Source: Aestuariivita sp. (lineage in GTDB: Bacteria; Pseudomonadota; Alphaproteobacteria; Rhodobacterales; Rhodobacteraceae). From it: a DNA stretch of 64,000 nt. Where the stretch lies: assembly GCF_021404545.1 (NCBI RefSeq), contig NZ_JAAWWD010000008.1:11109-75108 (forward strand), read 5' to 3'. Position numbers and translations under genes: made by a program. The notes under the pieces were generated by a model. It had not been told where the DNA came from. It did not search any database and worked only from the letters and a program-made list of their open reading frames with translations. Of the stretch, positions 9,204 through 16,630 are shown piece by piece (positions within the stretch are counted from its first letter, which is position 1; the number at the start of each line of letters is the position of its first letter).

Positions 9204-9382
9204 AGGCAAGGACGGTTCATTCCTGCCGTACACCTGGTATGTAAGACGCTGCAGTGCGGCCCGTCATCCCGACATTCGCTGCGATCGCAAAATGCGCAGT
9301 TGTTCGAACTCACAGTCTGCGGGACTTAGCCGCCGTCCGTCGACCCCCTTCGAATGGCCGGGTTCGACGCACCCGCGTGTTC
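9148..9382. repeat. Cluster 1 of degenerate ~24-30-bp palindromes (4-5 units), putative recombination sites
   Basis: GTCCGCTTAGCGCAGAAACTGGAC (9148-9171); GCTGCAGTGCGGCCCGTCATCCCGACATT (9248-9276); CACAGTCTGCGGGACTTAGCCGCC (9311-9334); GGCCGGGTTCGACGCACCCGCGTG (9356-9379). Confidence 0.55.
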
Positions 9383-9386
9383 GCTG

Positions 9387-10325
9387 TCATGTGTGCACAA
9401 CATGTCGATCACTGCTTTTCGCTCCGCCATAGGCCACAAGTATCGCACCGGTGACGTAGATAATCAGGCCGGTCATCGTTGCGGGGGCATAATCAACGCG
9501 ACCTTCGATGAGCTGGAATAGAAAGACGAAAAGCGGGCCGAGAGCGGTAATCGCGGCGAGGGTCAAGGTAGACATCAGCGAGATTGCCTTCTGCATCGCA
9601 AAGACCGGGAACGCCATGATGACAAATCCGATCAGAACCACGATCATCAAACCGCTCGGATCGACGGGGCCTTTCTCATCGAAACCGAGCGAGGCCCCTG
9701 CGAGTGCGACCGCCACATAGAGCGGAAACCGCAGTCCATATTGCGCGACGGGAGAGACACCCAGACGGTTGAGCCGCTGACTATAGATCATCATGGCAGC
9801 GAGGCTTGCCCCTGAGATACAGGTCAGCAGCAATCCAGTCAGTGCAACTGTCCAGTCTCCTCTCACAAAGCCAGACCTGCCGAGGATGGTGATCGCCGCG
9901 AGATAACCGACACCGATCACAATGATGAGCAAGCCCGCGCCTTCAGTGCGGTTTCGCAGCGGCGATGCTCCCGGAACGCCAAGGGCCCAGGCGATCAGAA
10001 TAGCGACCGGGATCAGACCCGAGAAGATCGTGAACACGACCGCCGGTTCGATCATCTGAAGCGCGAAGAAATAGGCGATCCATACAAAGGCAGTCGACAG
10101 GTTCAGGCCAAAGAGAGCAGCGCCGTTACCCCATGCGATACGCAGTTCATCTGCGGCACGGATACCTGTCCATGTAAGAGCGCCCAAGGCGGTGAAGCCA
10201 AAGACGGCTGCTCCGATCAGAAAGGAATCGTAGCCCTGAAACACACCCCCGAAGAACACGGCCTGCGCCGCTTCCAGAATGACAAAGGAGAAGGCCCAGA
10301 TAAGGCCGAGGGTTGTGTTGCTCAT
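9387..10325 (-). CDS. EamA/DMT-family membrane transporter
   Basis: 312 aa with about 10 hydrophobic segments in a two-repeat pattern; divergent from an Lrp regulator. Confidence 0.8.
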   Translation of the reverse strand: MSNTTLGLIWAFSFVILEAAQAVFFGGVFQGYDSFLIGAAVFGFTALGALTWTGIRAADELRIAWGNGAALFGLNLSTAFVWIAYFFALQMIEPAVVFTIFSGLIPVAILIAWALGVPGASPLRNRTEGAGLLIIVIGVGYLAAITILGRSGFVRGDWTVALTGLLLTCISGASLAAMMIYSQRLNRLGVSPVAQYGLRFPLYVAVALAGASLGFDEKGPVDPSGLMIVVLIGFVIMAFPVFAMQKAISLMSTLTLAAITALGPLFVFLFQLIEGRVDYAPATMTGLIIYVTGAILVAYGGAKSSDRHVVHT

Positions 10326-10425
10326 GTCGAGGTTCCGTCGCTTTTTCGTAGACTTACGACAAAAGCAATGGAAAGTGTGGTCAAAATCTTCGATATTTTG
10401 GAGTTATGAACCACGGGAGGCGGAC

Positions 10426-10896
10426 ATGACCATGGATGCTCTGGATCTTCGGATCGTCGCTGCTCTTCAAGCGAACGGCTCCCTGACGAAGGCAGAACTG
10501 GCGGAGGCGGTCGGGTCAACACCATCGACCTGTCTGCGGCGCGTCGCCGAGCTACGCCACGCCGGGGTGCTCATAAACTGTGTCTATTTGGCCGATCCTG
10601 CCAAACTCGGGCGGGGCATCCGGGCCATCATCACGGTCACGACCCGGAATCACACTAAGGACCTGCGCACCTCTTTCTCATCCCGCATCTCAGAAGAACC
10701 AGCAATCACGCAAGCCTATGGCGTGACAGGTGAGCTTGACGCGGTTCTGATCGGCCATTTCAACGATATGGAAGAGTATCAGGGACTTTGTGATCGGCTT
10801 TTTGATAGCGACCCAGACGTGGTGCGCTACACGACGCTGTTTGCAGTTGAGACCTATAAGGAGACAACCACTGTTGAACCGGCCGTCATCGGGTAA
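10426..10896 (+). CDS. Lrp/AsnC family transcriptional regulator
   Basis: MDALDLRIVAALQANG..ELAEAVG.TPSTCLRRV HTH plus RAM domain (YGVTGELD); GGGAGG RBS. Confidence 0.9.
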   Translation: MTMDALDLRIVAALQANGSLTKAELAEAVGSTPSTCLRRVAELRHAGVLINCVYLADPAKLGRGIRAIITVTTRNHTKDLRTSFSSRISEEPAITQAYGVTGELDAVLIGHFNDMEEYQGLCDRLFDSDPDVVRYTTLFAVETYKETTTVEPAVIG

Positions 10897-10950
10897 GCAG
10901 TCATTAGAACATCTCGCAGCGTTCAGCACTTTGGGCTCGGAGCCGACCTC
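10879..10950. repeat. Cluster 2 of degenerate palindromes
   Basis: ...GGGTAAGCAGTCATT (contains the Lrp stop codon) and CAGCACTTTGGGCTCGGAGCCGAC (10924-10947). Confidence 0.5.
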
Positions 10951-11036
10951 AGATGCGACGCAGCATGTTGTGATACACTGCCTCGTCAACGTCGGGTTGG
11001 CGTTGCGGCGGGGCGTGGTGGATTGGAGGACCCACC

Positions 11037-11669
11037 ATGCGCATCCCGAATTTACCCGCCATTCGCGCCTGTCGCCCTGCTTGGAACAAAGGGCGCATCG
11101 TCGGCCAGAAAAGGCCCTTGCTGCCGAAACACGTCTGGGCGATCCGTGTTCGATTAGATATCGCGGACAATTTCCGTGACCTAGCGCTCTTCAACCTTGC
11201 CATCGACAGCAAGCTGCGCGGTTGTGATCTGGTCAAACTTGTGGTGGCCGACGTTTATGCCGCTGGTCAGGTAAAAGAACGAACATCAATCATCCAAAGC
11301 AAAACGCAAAAGCCGGTGCGTTTCGAGATTACGGAAGGAACTCGAAAATCACTCCTGAGGTGGATGGAGGAACCATTGATGGTCGGTTCGGAATACCTCT
11401 GGCCCGGGCGTTTTCACGAGCGCCTTCACATCTCGACACGGCAATACGCACGACTGGTCCGCGAATGGGTCAAGTCGATTGGGCTGGAGCCAAGTGCGTA
11501 TGGCACCCACTCGATGCGCCGAACCAAGGTTTCGCAGATTTACAAGAAGACCGGTAATCTGCGGGCGGTTCAACTGTTGCTGGGGCAAACAAAGATGGAC
11601 AGCACGGTCCGATATCTTGGAGTCGAATTGGAAGATGCCTTAACAATCTCGGAATCCGTTGAAATCTGA
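11037..11669 (+). CDS. Compact tyrosine recombinase (essentially catalytic domain only)
   Basis: PAWNKGRIVGQKRPL N-terminus, SKLRGCDLV (R), HSMRRTK (HxxR), LLGQTKMDSTVRYLG (Y); GGAGG RBS. Confidence 0.9.
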   Translation: MRIPNLPAIRACRPAWNKGRIVGQKRPLLPKHVWAIRVRLDIADNFRDLALFNLAIDSKLRGCDLVKLVVADVYAAGQVKERTSIIQSKTQKPVRFEITEGTRKSLLRWMEEPLMVGSEYLWPGRFHERLHISTRQYARLVREWVKSIGLEPSAYGTHSMRRTKVSQIYKKTGNLRAVQLLLGQTKMDSTVRYLGVELEDALTISESVEI

Positions 11670-11675
11670 AAATCA

Positions 11676-11697
11676 GGGCCGCCTTCGCGGGCGGCCC
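11676..11697 (+). terminator. GC hairpin directly after the recombinase stop
   Basis: GGGCCGCC-ttcgcg-GGCGGCCC; no clear U-tract. Confidence 0.45.
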
Positions 11698-11756
11698 ATA
11701 GCTGCCTTTGGCTAATACATCTCAATGCTGCGGTCGCAGCCCGCATCTCGGACATT
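11683..11756. repeat. Cluster 3 of degenerate palindromes
   Basis: ...CCCATAGCTGCCTTT (to 11709) and GCTGCGGTCGCAGCCCGCATCTCGGACATT (11727-11756), a close match to 9248-9276. Confidence 0.6.
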
Positions 11757-11761
11757 AGTCA

Positions 11762-12409
11762 TCATGCAGCCATATAGGTTTTTAGTTGAACCTGGTTATC
11801 CAAAGCGTCCCCAAACATTCGCATCAAAGCGATGGTTGTGTTTGTGACTTCATCTAAGTCGTCTTTCGCAATGAAGGTGTCTTCACCATGGGCAATCGCA
11901 TTGCGCCGTTTCAGAAGCATTGCATCAATAAAGGCCTCATGTTCAATGAATTCTTGGTAAGAAATGTCGCAAACCAAACATATCTCTCGTAGCACCTCAG
12001 AATTTAAGTTCGATTTGGTGTTGATCAGATCATCGTTCACTCGACTGAACTGCTTGTTTGAGGACGTAAGGATTTCATCTAGAAGGTTACACCTCGACTC
12101 GATACTGCCCTTGCTCTTCGATAGCGCCGTCAGCCGCGGCAAAAAGTAGTTCTTCAAAAACTGACTGTTGAGACTTGTGTATGGATGCTTACGCAAAGCG
12201 ACATGTATCAAATACAGTTTTGCAGAATTTCTCACATGACCCTCCCAATGAGCATATGAGATTGTAACTAGTGCCCTTAGCAGGACTTTCCCCAAGTTCT
12301 GATCTGCCCTTCGAATCGCGGTCTTTAGATCCGATATCTCGCGGATACGCCAAGTCCTGTCCGCGGTTACAAGACTCGAGAAGTCGTCCGCGGTATATGG
12401 CTTGCTCAT
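11762..12409 (-). CDS. HEPN-domain nuclease (MAE_28990/MAE_18760-like)
   Basis: YAHWEG N-terminal motif, NTKSNL, and RNAIAHGE (RxxxxH) motif; ATGA overlap with the DUF262 gene. Confidence 0.8.
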   Translation of the reverse strand: MSKPYTADDFSSLVTADRTWRIREISDLKTAIRRADQNLGKVLLRALVTISYAHWEGHVRNSAKLYLIHVALRKHPYTSLNSQFLKNYFLPRLTALSKSKGSIESRCNLLDEILTSSNKQFSRVNDDLINTKSNLNSEVLREICLVCDISYQEFIEHEAFIDAMLLKRRNAIAHGEDTFIAKDDLDEVTNTTIALMRMFGDALDNQVQLKTYMAA

Positions 12410-13515
12410 GGCTTGAACCACTCGCTACCAAAAGGCACTGTTTTCTGAATCCGCGTTGTTCCGCGCATGCCGGGTGACACGAAACTTTCAACGTCTGGCT
12501 GCTCCCAAAATGCCTGAGACTTGTCCCGCACAAAATTTGCCGGGTCTGCCTGCTGCTGTATTGCCGTAAGGTTCTTTGCGACTCCTACTGCGATCGCTTC
12601 TAAGCCCACCAGTCCTACCCTTCCAGAGTAGTTTCCATCTTGGAAACGCCGGAGAGCATTCCCGCCCGCGGCTTGATGCAGAAGGTCTATAGTGCTGTTG
12701 ATAGTCGTGGAGGCTCCGGCAATATCAGCGTCCATCGCCAATTTTACGATACCGTCGTCTATGTATTCGCCAACGTCTAGGGTTCCATCGTAATTTACCA
12801 AAGTGTGAACCAGCAATCTTACCGCCATCTCAATGTGTCGTTGCTTTTCTGTTTGACCGTCGCTCAGGCCCGTTACCGAAAGAAATTTGTCACTCTCAGC
12901 CGCGGCTTTAATCGCCCTAAAGTAGTCAGCATTGACCATCAAAATTATGCAATTTCGTATCTCTTGGGCGTTCGCGGCCGTCCCCCCAGCATTTAGTCGT
13001 TGAAACAGGTCAAACTTCGTCATGCTATCGCTCGGACGCTTGAGGATTTCTACTCCAATGCGAGACCTCTTGATGGCTAGCTGAAGGCTTCGATCAAGTT
13101 CGAGTTGTTCATTCTCTTCCACGTCAGCAATTGCTGCGCCTTTTTCCCAAACTGTATTGCGGAGCGACGGCAGGTATTTTGTTGCTTCCAAGATGGATGG
13201 TGGGCAGGCCGCGCCATTTTCGTTTTTCAATTTACCCATGAACTCAAGGATTGATGAAACCCTCTGCAGCCCGTCTACGAGCTCCCACTGCCCGTTTTCT
13301 AGCTCGTAGACGAAGATAGATGGCAGAGGAATGCCCAGCAGCAGAGACTCGATCAATTTTGATTTCTGGCCTATTTCCCATCTAAACAGTCGTTGGAATT
13401 CCGGAGCAATTATTATGTCGCCGTCATCGTAGAGATTCACAAGCTCACCAATAGACATCTGAAAGGCGTCTGTACGAACATTCCGTTGTGCGGTTTCGAT
13501 TTCTTCAAGTAGCAT
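12406..13515 (-). CDS. DUF262 (ParB/Srx-like, GmrSD N-terminal) domain protein
   Basis: PEFQRLFRW, LIESLLLGIPLPSIF, VDGLQR and FQRLNAGG motifs; start at MLLEEI. Confidence 0.88.
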   Translation of the reverse strand: MLLEEIETAQRNVRTDAFQMSIGELVNLYDDGDIIIAPEFQRLFRWEIGQKSKLIESLLLGIPLPSIFVYELENGQWELVDGLQRVSSILEFMGKLKNENGAACPPSILEATKYLPSLRNTVWEKGAAIADVEENEQLELDRSLQLAIKRSRIGVEILKRPSDSMTKFDLFQRLNAGGTAANAQEIRNCIILMVNADYFRAIKAAAESDKFLSVTGLSDGQTEKQRHIEMAVRLLVHTLVNYDGTLDVGEYIDDGIVKLAMDADIAGASTTINSTIDLLHQAAGGNALRRFQDGNYSGRVGLVGLEAIAVGVAKNLTAIQQQADPANFVRDKSQAFWEQPDVESFVSPGMRGTTRIQKTVPFGSEWFKP

Positions 13516-13732
13516 TCGTTTCCCAGCTTCCTTGGTGTTGCATGTAAAAGAGAAGCGTCGCCGCATCTCAATGAGGAAGTACCCGCCAGACATGTCTTCT
13601 GTCACGTTCAGCCATTATGACCACATAAACCGCTGCCGCAATATCTGCACTCCCAAACGGTATTTTTAGCATCGCTTAAGCGAGCGTCTGGTTTCACAGA
13701 ATGACCAAGATCACTCCGCAGCCGCAGCAAAC

Positions 13733-13897
13733 GACCGCTACCCGCCGCGACCTGCATGTGCCCGTTGGCCAACTGATCACTCGGTTTGGGTCTGCTTCGG
13801 GCTGGCTGCGGACACCTGCCCACGCACAGTAAGGGCGTGAATGGCGCTCGCAGTTCAAAATCCGCGCGCTGCGTTGCCGCAAGGCGGCAGAGAGCCC
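13733..13897. repeat. Cluster 4 of degenerate palindromes
   Basis: GACCGCTACCCGCCGCGACCTGCA (13733-13756); GTCTGCTTCGGGCTGGCTGCGGAC (13790-13813); half unit GGCGGCAGAGAGCCC (13883-13897) abutting an IS end. Confidence 0.55.
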
Positions 13898-14450
13898 ATT
13901 TTGTTGAAGAAGTCGCCGAGATTTGAGGTTTTGCCTGCTTGGCGACTTCAATCGCAAGCTTCTTGATCCGCCCGTTGCATTGGGCGGCTTGTTGGTCTGT
14001 CGTTTTGCCGTTTCAGATCATATCGCGATCCTCGTTTCGTGCGTCTTGGGTCTTAGTTTTGCAAGTTTTCGGAGGTTCTGAGCGATTGCTGCGAGCGTAA
14101 ATTCGTCCTGTACACCACATGGCCCTCGAAGTCTGAGCCGCCCGAGGCCGAGAATGCGTTTGAGGTGAGCGAAGAGCATCTCAACCTTTTTGCGTTTGGC
14201 CTGGGCCTTGGGGTTGAAGGGAGACTTTGCAGCCAGTCGGGCGAAGTCGCGTGCGTCCTCGTGTTCCTCACGACCGATAAAGCGCGTATTTGTGTTTGGA
14301 CAGCATTTTGGTTTCGACGGGCAGGCATCGCATATGGCTTTGGTGGCGCGGTATCTACGGCGACCTGTTTTGGGTTCTTTTCTGCGCGGGTCGGCATCAA
14401 AACCGACCTTTCTTGGTGGGTTTGTTGTGCAAGTGGATGACCAGGGCGGG
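13898..14450 (-). mobile_element. IS1182-like remnant: transposase C-terminal fragment plus probable terminal IR
   Basis: CDACPSKPKCCP...RKKVEMLFAHLKRILGLGRLRLRG...FTLAAIAQNLRKLAK; IR-like GACTTCTTCAACAAAAT on the minus strand at 13898-13914; 5' part missing. Confidence 0.75.
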
Positions 14451-14630
14451 ACCTTCCCGTCGCTCTCTATGTCTACAGACTCCAATATGCTATAGTTGAT
14501 GTAATTGGCCCGTTCGTGCCGGGACGACCGATGGCGCGGGTTGAAATCTGAACAAAGCGATTGGTGCATAGGGTTCTCAAACACACCAGATGCTCAGCTA
14601 GAAATCTTGAAGACTTTAGGATTAGTTGCG

Positions 14631-14957
14631 TTGTCGAAGAAGATTTTATTTTGCATTGCCGCAATAATCGCAGTGTTTACTTCTGCCCTTAAGGCGGAAA
14701 CGGTAGTCGAGTTTGGGTGCATACTTCTCGACACAGATCACCCGGACGTGGATCGAGACTGGACGGAAGCATTTGTTCCATTCTGTGATATCAGACCGGA
14801 CCAATCGGTAGTCCAATGCTATGCTCTAACGTTCGAAGGGGAATGGGAAGCGACTGATGCTTTTGCGCCAGACCTAGTTCTGGACAGACAAGAGGGTGGC
14901 AAAAGACTTTGCCCTGCAGGGACGGACGATGGAAAACTCCCAACCATCCGTGGATGA
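14631..14957 (+). CDS. Small secreted Cys-containing hypothetical protein
   Basis: TTG start; signal peptide SKKILFCIAAIIAVFTSALKA; four Cys in the mature part. Confidence 0.55.
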   Translation: MSKKILFCIAAIIAVFTSALKAETVVEFGCILLDTDHPDVDRDWTEAFVPFCDIRPDQSVVQCYALTFEGEWEATDAFAPDLVLDRQEGGKRLCPAGTDDGKLPTIRG

Positions 14958-15783
14958 CCCGAAGCCCGAGATTGGCGGGTCGGAGGATGCAGTAGCCATC
15001 CCCAAGATCGAAGTCAGACTGACGTCCGATCCATCCCCGCCGTCATTCGCTTCGCGCCTGACTTCTGCCATCGCCCCCATTCTTCTAGTCGGGGGGTACA
15101 TCGGCGCGTTGCTGCTGAGCCTTGGATGGAGCTTTGCTTGGCATTGGTTCGCGACTTGGAACGTGCCTTTCACAAGCCTTGGCGTAGGTCCTGATGTACT
15201 TCTGGAATACGGACGTATCGTTGTTCTACATCACTGGTGGCAATTTCTAGTATGGGTCGCCCTTGGCGTTGCGGGGATGTGGGCGATCATTTACCTCAAT
15301 CTTGGCAAAGGGTTCCTTACTCTATTTTGTCTCTCTACATTTCTGGTTCCGTGGCTTGCCAGTCATTCTTTTGGCAAGCGGTTGGCCGACGCCGAGGTCC
15401 AGCAGATACAGCGGGAACGGTTTGTTGGACTGCCCGTCGTGAACCTATACCTCGAACCTGGGCTTGATGAGGCGCTGAACGAACGAGCGCGAGCTGCTCT
15501 CGTCACGGGTCCCAACTTGTGTCACCGGTTGCTGTACAAGGCACTAGATGGGCTTTGGCTTTTGCGATTGCCCCGGTATCGGCCGACCCTTCGGCGTGTC
15601 AGCCCAATACAATCACTTCCTTCGCACGCTCTTTCAGGATCGCGCAGATCTGGGCGGCCAGTTCCCGAAACTCGGCCTCGCGCGCGGTGCCCTTTCGCCA
15701 GATCATTCCAATGGTTCGCGACGGCGGAGAGCCGCGAAACTGGCGCGCGACGACGATGTCCTGATGCGCCACCTCGGATTTGA
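14929..15783 (+). CDS. Hypothetical multi-pass membrane protein; C-terminus overlaps the lysR 3' end (probably truncated near 15.6 kb)
   Basis: About three hydrophobic helices (LLVGGYIGALLLSLGW..., WWQFLVWVALGVAGMW..., LTLFCLSTFLVPWL); alternative GTG start at 14950. Confidence 0.55.
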   Translation: MENSQPSVDDPKPEIGGSEDAVAIPKIEVRLTSDPSPPSFASRLTSAIAPILLVGGYIGALLLSLGWSFAWHWFATWNVPFTSLGVGPDVLLEYGRIVVLHHWWQFLVWVALGVAGMWAIIYLNLGKGFLTLFCLSTFLVPWLASHSFGKRLADAEVQQIQRERFVGLPVVNLYLEPGLDEALNERARAALVTGPNLCHRLLYKALDGLWLLRLPRYRPTLRRVSPIQSLPSHALSGSRRSGRPVPETRPRARCPFARSFQWFATAESRETGARRRCPDAPPRI

Positions 15784-16519
15784 CATAGAGCGCGGGCATC
15801 AGCGACAGGCCCATGCCCATCGCCACCATCTGGCGCAGCGTATCCAGGGATGTGCCTTCATAGTCGCGCGACAGGTCCGCGCCGTATTGCTCGCAGATGC
15901 GCCGCACCTGTTCATAGAGCTTGTGGCCAGGTTCCAGCGACAAAATCGTCTCGCCCCGCAGCATCGCCGGCGCGATCTCACGTTCGGCTGCGTAAGGATG
16001 ATCGCAAGGCAGGACGATCTCGATGGGTTCGCGGAAGATCGACAGGCTTTCAAAGTCGGCCCGCCGCACGGGCAGCGGGAAAAACAGCAGATCCACCGTG
16101 CCGTCCGACAGGCTTTGCAGCAGATAGTCGGGCAGCCCTTCGCGCATATAGAGTTTCAGGGCAGGGTGGCTTTGATGCAGGCCAGGCACGATCAGCGGCA
16201 ACAGGTACGAGCCCAGCGACTGCACCACGCCAACACGGATCGTGCTTTGCAGATGGCTGTGGCTTTGCGCGGCCAATGTGTGGATTTCGTCCACTTCGCG
16301 CAGCGCGCGGCGGGCCCGATCGACCACGGCCTGACCCAGCGGTGTGATGATCACATGGGATCGGCTGCGCTCGACCAGTTCTGCGCCCAGTTTCAGCTCC
16401 AGACCTTTGAGCTGTGCGCTGAGCGTTGGCTGGGTGACATGGCACATTTCGGCCGCGCGCCGGAAATGCAGGGTGTCGGCCAGGGCAATGAGGTACCTGA
16501 GTTGCTGTAAAGTCGGCAA
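15599..16519 (-). CDS. OxyR-like LysR regulator lacking the peroxidatic Cys
   Basis: TLQQLRY..HFRRAAE.C.VTQPTLSAQ HTH; GTSLDTLRQMVAMG; LEPGHKLYEQVRRIC where OxyR has GHCLRDQ....C. Confidence 0.85.
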   Translation of the reverse strand: MPTLQQLRYLIALADTLHFRRAAEMCHVTQPTLSAQLKGLELKLGAELVERSRSHVIITPLGQAVVDRARRALREVDEIHTLAAQSHSHLQSTIRVGVVQSLGSYLLPLIVPGLHQSHPALKLYMREGLPDYLLQSLSDGTVDLLFFPLPVRRADFESLSIFREPIEIVLPCDHPYAAEREIAPAMLRGETILSLEPGHKLYEQVRRICEQYGADLSRDYEGTSLDTLRQMVAMGMGLSLMPALYVKSEVAHQDIVVARQFRGSPPSRTIGMIWRKGTAREAEFRELAAQICAILKERAKEVIVLG

Positions 16520-16530
16520 ATGATCGCCTC

Positions 16531-16549
16531 TGATAGATACTTTCTATCA
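16531..16549. promoter_or_regulatory. LysR/OxyR-type operator
   Basis: TGATAG-atacttt-CTATCA (ATAG-N7-CTAT) in the lysR/usp divergent region. Confidence 0.75.
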
Positions 16550-16630
16550 AACTAATGCCCCGTTTCGATTTGATCAATCAGGCAAAGCCGCCTATGTGAC
16601 CTCCATCAGCGAATAGGGGGCCGCCGATCC

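Larger units (their letters stand above)
4131..15598. mobile_element. Composite genomic island (degraded prophage plus recombinase/cassette region) at tRNA-Leu 3' end; right boundary approximate
   Basis: Integrase next to tRNA, phage-type genes, pseudogenes, IS remnant, visibly AT-richer 11.7-15.5 kb; no attR copy found by eye. Confidence 0.7.

Noticed and set aside
7467-11669. Tail-fibre shufflon or invertible segment driven by the nearby recombinase
   Set aside because: No inverted repeats around the fibre fragment and no alternative C-terminal cassettes seen
9148-13897. Palindrome clusters as CRISPR repeats or classical integron attC sites
   Set aside because: Units are not identical or regularly spaced; no clear RYYYAAC...GTTRRRY ends; the recombinase is too short to carry the IntI-specific insertion
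15541-15600. attR at the presumed island boundary
   Set aside because: No match to the tRNA-Leu 3' end seen here or at 23.3 kb; a computed search is still needed
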